From positions 521,692 to 553,691 of the forward strand of contig JAISKJ010000003.1 of the NCBI GenBank assembly GCA_031260975.1: a stretch of DNA of 32,000 nt, in the 5' to 3' direction. Position 1 is the stretch's first letter. Each line of letters begins with the position of its first letter. This DNA comes from Christensenellaceae bacterium (GTDB lineage: Bacteria; Bacillota; Clostridia; Christensenellales; UBA1242). The position numbers were made by a program, and so were the translations under genes. A model generated the notes under the pieces. The model saw only the letters and a program-made list of their open reading frames with translations, was not told the DNA's origin and did not search any database. Positions 15,373 to 23,589 of this stretch are shown piece by piece.

Positions 15373-18300
15373 TTAAACTGATACCCATTTTGCAAAAACA
15401 GTAACTGTATACAAGCCCAAGGTGTTTGTATCAAGTGGTTGTGTAAACGATGTGTCATAGAACCACCCTGCAAAGGTGTATCCTAAACGTGTTGGTGTTG
15501 GTGCAACAAAGGTTTGACCAACCGGTCCTGTCACACTTTGTGAACCAAAGCTTGCATCGCCGCACATTGTGTTGAATACAAAGCCTTGATAACCGCTCCA
15601 ACCCGCCGTTAAATAAGCTCCGCTGGCAGTTAATACAAGCGGATGAGTGTCATCCACAAGTTGCCCGTTATAAAACCATCCAATAAAGTTCATGTTGTTC
15701 ATTGTAGGAATTGGCAGGGTCTCTCTTGTGATTGTTGTTCCAACCGGCAATGTGGTTGAAGTAATGTTAGAACCGCCGTTTGTGCCAAATTGGATTGTTG
15801 CAATCTGGTTTGTGAAGATTGCATAAAGAGTTAAATCGGCTTGTAAAGAGTATATTGTTGTTGATAAATAAGCTATGCCATTGCCATCTGCTTGTGTATT
15901 CCAACCAACAAAGTATAGACTTCCGTTTGTAGCAGTTGGAAGTGTATACAACGGAGAGCCATAAATAACTGATAATGTTGTTTTCGAAACGGTTCCTCCA
16001 TTAGCGTTAAAAGTTATTGTTTGAATTGTTGCTTGCCAATCTGCATAAAGCGTAATATCACTTGAACCGAATGTGGTGGCTGTAAATTGCTGCAGATTTC
16101 CATTACTTAAATGTTGATACCAACCAGTTAAGATATAACCCGTACGTGTTGGCGTCGGAAGCACAAGGGCATCGCCAACCGCACCGGAAATTGGAGCTGG
16201 TGTTGCACTTGCATTGGTGTCAGTTGTATTTAAATCGAAAGTGATTGTTGCATTCTGTTGCCAAACCGCTTTTAAATTTGCACCATTTGCAGGCATAGTT
16301 GTGTAATTAACAATATTGTTTGAAGTGCCATCTGTTGACCACCCCAAGAATGAATAACCTACCATTGTGGTTGTTGGAAGTGTGACGCTGGCACCATAAG
16401 GTGCTGTCACATTGCTTACTGCAACTCCTCCATTAGAATTAAGGGCAATTATATAAGTGTTTGCAGACCAACCGGCATAGAGAGTTATATCTGCCAAAAA
16501 TGTTGTGCCTGTGAAAGCTTGCGAACACATGCTATCTGCATACCAACCAATAAATGTATAGTAGTTGCGATTAGTTGGTGTTGGCAATGCTCCGATTGCT
16601 GTGCCGGCCTTTCCGTTCAAATTTGTAGGAGATACAGTTATAGATTCTCCGTGTGCATTTACATTAAATATTATAATTGGGTTTTTTATCCAGCTTGCAA
16701 AAAGAGTAATGTCTTCATCTAACATATATATTGTGCTTGCAGAATATTCACTGATGCCACCATATATCCAAGCATCAAAAGTGTAGCCATTTCTTGTTGG
16801 AATTTCTAATGTGCCAATTACTGTTCCGAAGGTTACATTAATTGTATTCTGAACTAATGCATCTCCGCCATTTACATTCAGTATAATAACATGTGTATTT
16901 GGAGTCCACTTTGCATAAACAGTTTCATCTGCAACAAAATTACTTGGGATATATTCATTTCCATCTGTACATGCCGCATTTTGATACCAACCGCCAAAAA
17001 CATAGCCCATGCGTGTTGGGTTAGAAGGTAGAATTATTGGTGTACCCGTCTCACCTGTTACATAGTTTTGAGCTATTGTTGCTGAATTGTCTGTTACATT
17101 TAAATTAAGTTCAACAATGGGATTTTCTTCGAAATAAGCATATAGCTCTATATCAACACTCCATGTGTAGGTTGTTGTAACAGAAACTGCGATGCCATCA
17201 GAGGTAAACCATCCAACAAATTTGTTCCCGGCTTTTTGTGCATCAGGTAAAGCACCGATTGCAGTGTTAAATGTTATGCTGTCTATTTCTGTTATACCGC
17301 CATCTATGGAATCTCCGCCATTTATATAAAGCGTAATTTGATATGTTTTAGCCCCCCACTTTGCATATAAGTTATATCCTGAAAGAGCGGTATAATTTGT
17401 GGCATCCATAGGAATTAAGCAATCCTTATCTAAATACCAACCTAAAAATCCATAACCGGTTCTCGTTACGTTTGCTGCATTTGGAAGAATAATTGTCCAA
17501 GAATCAGCACCCTCTAATATAGATGCACCAACAACAACTTCTCCGGTTAATGAATGGATATCGGTTAATAAAGCACTTGTGTCATCCGTGTTAACATTCA
17601 ATGTAATTTGTTGCCAAGGTGTCCATGATGCAACAAGTGAAATGTTTTCTGCCGGCATTGTAGTTATATTAAAAGCCTGACCATTTGAATAAGTCCATCC
17701 GGCAAAGTTAAAGTAAAAATCTCCGAATGGCAGTTGATCAGCAGTTGGAACTTCTGGAGTTGGCAATTCTCCAATTGTCTCACCAAACGGAATGGTTAAA
17801 GTTGCTATTGTTGAAACAGTACTTCCATCCAATTTCCAATTGTAAGAGCCCAAGTTGAAGGTAATGTTATAAGTTTTGGCTTTCCAAATTACTTTAAAGT
17901 TCATACCATTTAAGGGGGCGGTTGGATTTGGTGTTGTTGTGTAATATTGATTTCCCGTTGCTAAATCCAAAAAGTAATCGAATACATACCCTGTTGGTGC
18001 TGTTAATAAAGATGCAACCGTGGTTAAAGCAACCGTGGAACCATAAGTAGAGGTCAGAGATGATATAACACAGTCTCCACCATTAAAATCAAAATCAATC
18101 TCGCATTGAATTTTAGACCAGCTGCCGTAGAAAGTCATATCTGTTGTCCATTCATAAAGTCTGCTTGCAGAAACTGAATGAACTGATGTTTTTCCATCAA
18201 ACCACTGGTTAAAATGCCAACCAATAACTGTTCCGTCATTTAAATCTGGCAAAACTCCAACAGGTTGACCATACTTCACTGTTATTGGCAGTGGCACGGT

Positions 18301-20058
18301 GTTATATCCGGCTCTGTCAGGATCAAATGTTACATTATATGTATTTGCTTCCCATTGTGCATATAGTGTTATGTTTTCAAGCCCAAAAGTTGTTGGTGCA
18401 AACTGTGTGCCTTCTGTATCCATTGTCCAACCTATAAAAGTATAACCCATACAAGATGGATTTTGTAAATTTCCAATTAATGTTTCAACCGCACCGGAAA
18501 TTGGTGAAGGCATAGTTGTAACAATCATAGGTAAGGTTGTGTCTATACTTGTTGTGTTCGCATCAAATGAAATCTCTTGCCATGGTAGCCAAACAGGTGT
18601 TAGGATTAAATCTTGTGCAGGAACAACAAATTGATATGTGCTGCTTTGAGCATCAAAATATACAATATCTGCCACAGACGAGCCCCAACCCACAAGGTTA
18701 AATCCGTCTTGTGAAATATTTGGAAGCACAAAAACACTCCTAAAATCTTCTTGTGTTTGGATGCCGTCTACATCCACTTCATATTGGTTTGTTATCCAGC
18801 TTGCATATAAAATTATGTCTGTGGCGCCAAATGTTGTGTCAGAAAATATATTAGCGTCATCATAGCTTATTGAACCATCAATGTTGTAAGTAACAGCGGT
18901 ATACCACTTGTCAAAAGTGTAACCTAGGCAATCCGGAATAGGAAATGCAGTTGGGAATGGAGCATTTTCGACACCTTCAAAATTTATATAATCATTTGGA
19001 TTTTGAATTGAAGCCCCTTCTTTTACCAAATTGAATGATATTTGTTGAAGGGTTGACCATTCCGCAGTTAATGTTATATCACAATCCGGCATTAAACCCT
19101 GTGTTTTAAGTTCCGGTTTCCATAAATTGTTTATATCAGCCCAATCTCTGAATTTGTTATTTATTTTTGTTGGAATCGGCAGGCCTATAATTGTGCCCGC
19201 TTGTGCAACAAGAGGAGTCAATGTGTTTCCTCCATTAGTATTGAACATTATTTTGCTAAGGTGCTCTTTCCATCCTGCATAAAGTTTTATTGTGCCTTCA
19301 CTGATGAAAGTTGTTTGCACAAATTGAATTGTGCAGTCAGCATCTAAAAACCAGCCTTCAAAATCGTAGCCTAACCGTGTTACTATCGGAATTAAATTTT
19401 GGTCAATTGCAGTACTTAATTCTCCGGTAATTGAAGAAACACCCACAAGAACAGCATTATCGGCATTTAAATCGAAAGTATATGTTTGATATTTTGGATC
19501 ATCAACCCATTTTGCTTTTAATGAAATATTATGTGCCGGCATTGTAAAATAAGTAACCTCTGCTCCGGTTTCTAAATCAATCCAACCTCCAAAATAGGAA
19601 TTTGGATCTTGATGGCTTGTGGCAGGATAATCTATGTGCTCGCCATATGAGTATATTACACTTGCAACAGCATCACCGCCATCAGTGTCAAAAGATATGG
19701 TAAAGCTTTCTAAATTCCAATTAGCGTATAATTTCGTATCTTTGTTAATGTTGAACGGAAACGTAACTGCATTAGATAAAGCATCGTCATAAAACCAAGT
19801 GTCAAAAGTATAACCTTCTTTTGTTGTGATTTCATTTATCCCATCAATTTTGGAACCTTTTTTAAGTTCCTTTGTTTCAATTGTTGTTCCTCCGTTTGTT
19901 TCAAACGAAAGTTTTACAGTGCTTGCACAAGAATGAAGCAAAATGGGAATTAGAATAGCTATAATAATTAAAACAGCAATTGCAGAAATTAAAATAATTC
20001 TCCTATTTTTTTTGTCATTTGTGTCAGTATTATAATGTACATTTTGTGTTTTTGTCAT
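15373..20058 (-). CDS. giant surface protein with about 20 Listeria-Bacteroides (InlB B-type / Flg_new) repeats
   Basis: It is 1561 aa. About 20 tandem 70-80 aa modules each carry G[YW]xFxGW ... [LF]YAxW. The N-terminus is KKNRR plus a 21-residue hydrophobic segment, followed by HSC (a signal anchor or lipobox-like). There is no C-terminal LPXTG. Confidence 0.9.
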   Translation of the reverse strand: MTKTQNVHYNTDTNDKKNRRIILISAIAVLIIIAILIPILLHSCASTVKLSFETNGGTTIETKELKKGSKIDGINEITTKEGYTFDTWFYDDALSNAVTFPFNINKDTKLYANWNLESFTISFDTDGGDAVASVIYSYGEHIDYPATSHQDPNSYFGGWIDLETGAEVTYFTMPAHNISLKAKWVDDPKYQTYTFDLNADNAVLVGVSSITGELSTAIDQNLIPIVTRLGYDFEGWFLDADCTIQFVQTTFISEGTIKLYAGWKEHLSKIMFNTNGGNTLTPLVAQAGTIIGLPIPTKINNKFRDWADINNLWKPELKTQGLMPDCDITLTAEWSTLQQISFNLVKEGASIQNPNDYINFEGVENAPFPTAFPIPDCLGYTFDKWYTAVTYNIDGSISYDDANIFSDTTFGATDIILYASWITNQYEVDVDGIQTQEDFRSVFVLPNISQDGFNLVGWGSSVADIVYFDAQSSTYQFVVPAQDLILTPVWLPWQEISFDANTTSIDTTLPMIVTTMPSPISGAVETLIGNLQNPSCMGYTFIGWTMDTEGTQFAPTTFGLENITLYAQWEANTYNVTFDPDRAGYNTVPLPITVKYGQPVGVLPDLNDGTVIGWHFNQWFDGKTSVHSVSASRLYEWTTDMTFYGSWSKIQCEIDFDFNGGDCVISSLTSTYGSTVALTTVASLLTAPTGYVFDYFLDLATGNQYYTTTPNPTAPLNGMNFKVIWKAKTYNITFNLGSYNWKLDGSTVSTIATLTIPFGETIGELPTPEVPTADQLPFGDFYFNFAGWTYSNGQAFNITTMPAENISLVASWTPWQQITLNVNTDDTSALLTDIHSLTGEVVVGASILEGADSWTIILPNAANVTRTGYGFLGWYLDKDCLIPMDATNYTALSGYNLYAKWGAKTYQITLYINGGDSIDGGITEIDSITFNTAIGALPDAQKAGNKFVGWFTSDGIAVSVTTTYTWSVDIELYAYFEENPIVELNLNVTDNSATIAQNYVTGETGTPIILPSNPTRMGYVFGGWYQNAACTDGNEYIPSNFVADETVYAKWTPNTHVIILNVNGGDALVQNTINVTFGTVIGTLEIPTRNGYTFDAWIYGGISEYSASTIYMLDEDITLFASWIKNPIIIFNVNAHGESITVSPTNLNGKAGTAIGALPTPTNRNYYTFIGWYADSMCSQAFTGTTFLADITLYAGWSANTYIIALNSNGGVAVSNVTAPYGASVTLPTTTMVGYSFLGWSTDGTSNNIVNYTTMPANGANLKAVWQQNATITFDLNTTDTNASATPAPISGAVGDALVLPTPTRTGYILTGWYQHLSNGNLQQFTATTFGSSDITLYADWQATIQTITFNANGGTVSKTTLSVIYGSPLYTLPTATNGSLYFVGWNTQADGNGIAYLSTTIYSLQADLTLYAIFTNQIATIQFGTNGGSNITSTTLPVGTTITRETLPIPTMNNMNFIGWFYNGQLVDDTHPLVLTASGAYLTAGWSGYQGFVFNTMCGDASFGSQSVTGPVGQTFVAPTPTRLGYTFAGWFYDTSFTQPLDTNTLGLYTVTVFAKWVSV

Positions 20059-20363
20059 ATAAACCTACCTTTTTGACTTAAATTTGTCAAATTTATGCTT
20101 TAGTGAAATTAACTTTAACTCACAGTGCTCACAGCGGGCTCATTTTTTCACACCTTCGGTAAGCATAACACTTTAAACAAAAAAAACAAAATAAAAACAT
20201 ATATTTTTACATAATTAACACAAAAACTTTGCATGTAATTGTTTTCATAGGTAGTCTTTGGATATGCACGATTGTGTTGTTTTTCCGTGGTGGAAACACA
20301 ATAAATTAACTTATGTTATTTTTTATGTTAATTTTCCTTTTTATCACTATATGGAGATATTAT

Positions 20364-20766
20364 TCATTTTATAATCTCCACCAACTTATCATGGATTTTT
20401 CCGTTTGTGCAAAGCATAGTGTCGGTTCTTTGACGAGGTTCTCCCTTAATATTGGTGACCTTGCCGCCTGCCTCGGTAATAAACAATTTGCCCGCTGCAC
20501 TGGACAGCCCCATGCTCGGTCTGATGTTTATCACGGCATCAAGTTTTCCAATGGCAAGACTCCTCACCCAAAAAATTATGTTCTGGATAGAACTTTTTTA
20601 GCCCGCCAACAATCTGCTCTTCCATAAACTTATCCACGGCAGAAACAATGTCGTTTCCCTCTTTCATCTCCACTGCAATGCTTTGTTTGAGAGTAAGCGA
20701 CTTCTCATAAGCCGCTTTCACAATTTCCACCACACGGGTGCGCATTTGTTCTAAATTTTCTTCCAT
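20364..20766 (-). pseudogene. inositol monophosphatase (SuhB-like) pseudogene with an internal out-of-frame deletion
   Basis: The N-terminal piece (20539-20766) ends at ...FYPEHNFLGEE. The C-terminal piece (20364-20567), in another frame, starts at ...LAIGKLDAV and contains AAGKLFITEAGGKVTNIKGEP. The central part of roughly 120 aa, including the DPIDGT metal site, is missing. Confidence 0.75.
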
Positions 20767-20768
20767 TT

Positions 20769-21803
20769 TTACTCCTTTCTATCTCCGACATATCGCAGTC
20801 GCAGTTGCCCGCATGCGCCGCTGATGTCGTCGCCCATGGTCCGCCTCATTGTGGCGCTGCTTCCATTTTCCACGAGCCTTTTCACAAACGCTACTCCATT
20901 TCTGCTCTTTTCAAACGGCTTTTCTGCTACTGCGTTATAATTTATCACATTAATGTGACAAGGCAGGCCCTTTGTCAGCCGGCTGAGTTCATCGGCATCC
21001 TTAAGGCTGTCGTTTATGTCTTTTAACAATATATATTCAATTATAATTCGACGTTTGGTCTTTTCAAAATAGTACCGCAGACTTTTCATAAGCTTGTCAA
21101 GGTCATGGGCGCGGCTTATCGGCATTATTTCATTCCGTATTTTGTCATTTGGTGCATGCAGACTGAGGCTAAGATTTAGACCAAAACCTTCGGCGGCAAG
21201 GCTCTTTATTTTGTCACTCAAGCCGCAGGTACTGAGCGAAATATTACGTGTGCTGATATTTATGCCGTCTTTGTAGTTGACGAGCCTAATAAATTTAACC
21301 ACATTATCATAATTGTCCAACGGCTCGCCGCTGCCCATAAGCACAATATTGGTAATTTTACGTTCTTTCGGATTGCCGCCAAGATGTGCATTTACCATGA
21401 TTACCTGCGACAAAATTTCGCCGGCACTGAGGTTTCTTATAAGTCCGTCAAGTCCCGAAGCGCAAAAAGCGCAGCCCATGCGGCACCCAACTTGAGTGGA
21501 AACGCACAGAGTGCTGCCGTGCTTATATTGCATGAGCACGCCCTCAATAATATTGCTGTCAAAAAGTTTATAGATATATTTCACCGTGCCGTCAGGGGAA
21601 CAGTGCTCTTTGATTATCTCAACCCGCATGTCAGAAAAAGTATTGTTTAAATATTCCTTTAAGTCCTTTGAGATATTGCTGATTTCATTTATCTTTTTGC
21701 CGCTGTGAAGAGCGCCAAAAATCTGACCTGCCCTATATTTGGGCTGGTTTATTGTTAAAAGTATTTCTTCTAGCTCCTGCGGACTTAAACTTAATATATC
21801 CAT
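20769..21803 (-). CDS. rlmN: 23S rRNA/tRNA (adenine-C2)-methyltransferase, radical SAM
   Basis: It has the CxxxCxxC cluster GCRMGCAFCASG and a full-length RlmN-like sequence. It lies downstream of fmt as in the Bacillus gene order. Confidence 0.95.
   Translation of the reverse strand: MDILSLSPQELEEILLTINQPKYRAGQIFGALHSGKKINEISNISKDLKEYLNNTFSDMRVEIIKEHCSPDGTVKYIYKLFDSNIIEGVLMQYKHGSTLCVSTQVGCRMGCAFCASGLDGLIRNLSAGEILSQVIMVNAHLGGNPKERKITNIVLMGSGEPLDNYDNVVKFIRLVNYKDGINISTRNISLSTCGLSDKIKSLAAEGFGLNLSLSLHAPNDKIRNEIMPISRAHDLDKLMKSLRYYFEKTKRRIIIEYILLKDINDSLKDADELSRLTKGLPCHINVINYNAVAEKPFEKSRNGVAFVKRLVENGSSATMRRTMGDDISGACGQLRLRYVGDRKE
20774..20807. repeat. rlmN 3'-end copy of the 34-nt direct repeat (proximal copy)
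   Basis: It lies within the last 13 codons of rlmN (GQLRLRYVGDRKE). It pairs with 15329-15362. Confidence 0.8.
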
Positions 21804-21838
21804 AAAACCCCTTAATAATCATAGAGAAAAATGCATGT

Positions 21839-21882
21839 GAGATTGCTTCGTAAGCACATCGCCGGTATTGACATGCAATGAC
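21839..21882. repeat. third copy of the GTCATTGC...ACGAAGCAATCTC motif
   Basis: The plus strand reads GAGATTGCTTCGTaagcacatcgccggtattgacatGCAATGAC. The 13-nt and 8-nt ends are identical to the 13317-13350 copy, and the interior differs. Confidence 0.55.
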
Positions 21883-21984
21883 GCTTTGCCAGATATTTTT
21901 ATAATACATTAGGTGCGCAAGATTGGCCTATTAAATACTACATATAGTGTAATTTTGCATAATACTATGCCAAAATATTGTGTA

Positions 21985-22908
21985 TTATTCAAACTTGACT
22001 GAACTTAGCCTGTTGCCTCTCAAATAGTCTTTTGCGTTCATTTTTTTGCTGTTTGGTGCTTGAATGATATCAAGGCTTACTGCTCCGCCGGAGCATTTAA
22101 CTACCAAACCATTTTTGTCGTCAGCGCTGATTATTGTGCCGTTTGGTTGTTTATCATTGCACTTTGCCGCTGCACCATTATATATTTTTATTCGTGTTTC
22201 ACCATCCAAAACAAAGGCTGCAGGCCACGGATTGAGGCCGCGTATAAGATTTATAATTTCATCCGCAGTCTTATTAAAGTCAATCTTTCCCATGTCTTTG
22301 TTCAGCATCGGAAAGTAAGTCATCTGTGAGTGGTCTTGCGGAACATATTTTGCTGTTCCCTTTTCTATGTTATCCAAAGTTTCTATCAAGGCATCTGCCC
22401 CGATATGACTGAGACGCTCTAAAAGCTCATCTGCATTTTCATCAGGTAGGATATCAGTCTGCTTGGTCAAAATCATATCGCCCGTGTCAATTCCCGCCTC
22501 TGTTTTCATTATGGTAACACCTGTTTTAGTTTCGCCGTGTAAAATCGACCACGGAACAGGACAGCTGCCGCGGTATTTGGGCAAAAGCGATGCGTGCACA
22601 TTGATTACGCCATATGGGCACATCTCAAGCACATTTGACCTCAAAATCTGGCCAAATGCTGCAGTTATAACGATATCTGCGTTATATTCCTTGAGGATAT
22701 CCCCTTCTTTTGTGATGCTCTTAAATTGATGAATTGGGATATTATTTGACAACGCCAGCGGTTTTATTGGAGGCATTTCAACTTTGTGCCCGCGCCCGCA
22801 CGGTTTGTCAGGCTGTGTTACCACTGCCAGAACCTTATGTTGGGTTTTAATGAGTTTTGCTAAAATATTTACCGCAAACTGCGGAGTTCCTAAAAAGATT
22901 ATTTTCAT
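21985..22908 (-). CDS. fmt: methionyl-tRNA formyltransferase
   Basis: It is full-length Fmt-like (MKIIFLGTPQFAV, HASLLPKYRG). It has a 4-nt ATGA overlap with def. Confidence 0.95.
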   Translation of the reverse strand: MKIIFLGTPQFAVNILAKLIKTQHKVLAVVTQPDKPCGRGHKVEMPPIKPLALSNNIPIHQFKSITKEGDILKEYNADIVITAAFGQILRSNVLEMCPYGVINVHASLLPKYRGSCPVPWSILHGETKTGVTIMKTEAGIDTGDMILTKQTDILPDENADELLERLSHIGADALIETLDNIEKGTAKYVPQDHSQMTYFPMLNKDMGKIDFNKTADEIINLIRGLNPWPAAFVLDGETRIKIYNGAAAKCNDKQPNGTIISADDKNGLVVKCSGGAVSLDIIQAPNSKKMNAKDYLRGNRLSSVKFE

Positions 22909-23393
22909 GCTCCCCCCTGATTTTGCTGTTCTTTAGGTAGAGTTTCGGGCCGGTCAGTTAGCAATATTCCGTCAAGATGGTCAAGCTCATGCTGAAAAAG
23001 ATGGGCCATCCATTCGCGGCTTTCAATGCTGAACTTGTTGCCCTCCCTGTCAAAATATTGCACTGTAACCTTACGCGGACGTGCAATCCTTCGCCTCACC
23101 CCGGGCACACTTGCACACGATTCACGGCAAGGATACATTTTGTCGCTCTTTGCGATAATTTCGGGGTTGACAAGCTCAATATAAAAATTGTTTACGTTTA
23201 TAACAATAACGCGTTTAAGCACCCCAACTTGAGGTGCCGCAAGTCCGCCCAGGATATCATCATTAAGCATAGTGTCATGCATATCATCCAGCAGCTTGTG
23301 CAGTTTTGTGTCAAACTTTTCAACAGGCTTGCACACTTTACGCAAAATTCCGTCAACATCGTCATTAACTTTTATTACATTAAGTATTGCCAT
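22905..23393 (-). CDS. def: peptide deformylase
   Basis: It has motif 1 GLAAPQVG, motif 2 as ESCAS (normally EGCLS, with the Cys retained), and motif 3 QHELDHLDG. The RBS is AAAGGAGG. Confidence 0.9.
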   Translation of the reverse strand: MAILNVIKVNDDVDGILRKVCKPVEKFDTKLHKLLDDMHDTMLNDDILGGLAAPQVGVLKRVIVINVNNFYIELVNPEIIAKSDKMYPCRESCASVPGVRRRIARPRKVTVQYFDREGNKFSIESREWMAHLFQHELDHLDGILLTDRPETLPKEQQNQGGA

Positions 23394-23418
23394 AGTTTCC
23401 TCCTTTAGATTTTATTTT

Positions 23419-23464
23419 AAATTGAATACCTATTCAATTATAGAATAATATTGATTTTGTTACA
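23419..23464 (-). promoter_or_regulatory. sigma-A promoter of def-fmt with an adjacent palindrome
   Basis: The minus strand reads TTGTAA (23464-23459), 17 nt, TATAAT (23441-23436). A 9-2-9 palindrome AATTGAATAccTATTCAATT (23419-23438) overlaps the -10 and +1 region. Confidence 0.5.
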
Positions 23465-23483
23465 AGCATTTTTGATTAGATAT

Positions 23484-23574
23484 GCGGTTTTGCCTGCAGG
23501 CCTTGGCCCGCAGCGCATGCCAGCACAAATGCTGGCATGCTGCAAAAACCCTTTGGGTTTTTGCGCAAAACCGC
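23484..23574. repeat. cloverleaf (four-way junction) repeat, copy B
   Basis: The outer stem is GCGGTTTTGC/GCAAAACCGC. Hairpin 1 is 23494-23513 (one A.C mismatch). Hairpin 2 is 23515-23540 (GCATGCCAGCA-caaa-TGCTGGCATGC). Hairpin 3 is 23542-23564. Confidence 0.85.
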
Positions 23575-23589
23575 TCCATGAAATTTTTA

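Noticed and set aside
15073-15381. A 102-aa plus-strand ORF between rsgA and the giant gene.
   Set aside because: It has a TTG start without an RBS, overlaps the giant gene's stop, and has a low-complexity translation.
15373-20058. Periodic repetition that could be mistaken for a CRISPR array or tandem DNA repeat.
   Set aside because: The periodicity is at the protein-module level (about 210-240 nt, diverged DNA) inside one uninterrupted ORF. There are no short identical repeats separated by unique spacers.
20072-20091. The palindrome TTTGAC-N8-GTCAAA containing a TTGACA, considered as the promoter or operator of the giant gene.
   Set aside because: The matching -10 (TAGGTT) is poor and would place the transcription start only a few nt from the ATG. 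The promoter of the giant gene remains unidentified.
23109-23123. Deformylase motif 2 reads ESCAS instead of the canonical EGCLS.
   Set aside because: The metal-ligand Cys and the motif 1 and motif 3 ligands are intact, and fmt is coupled downstream. This is most likely an ordinary lineage variant, not a pseudogene or novel activity.
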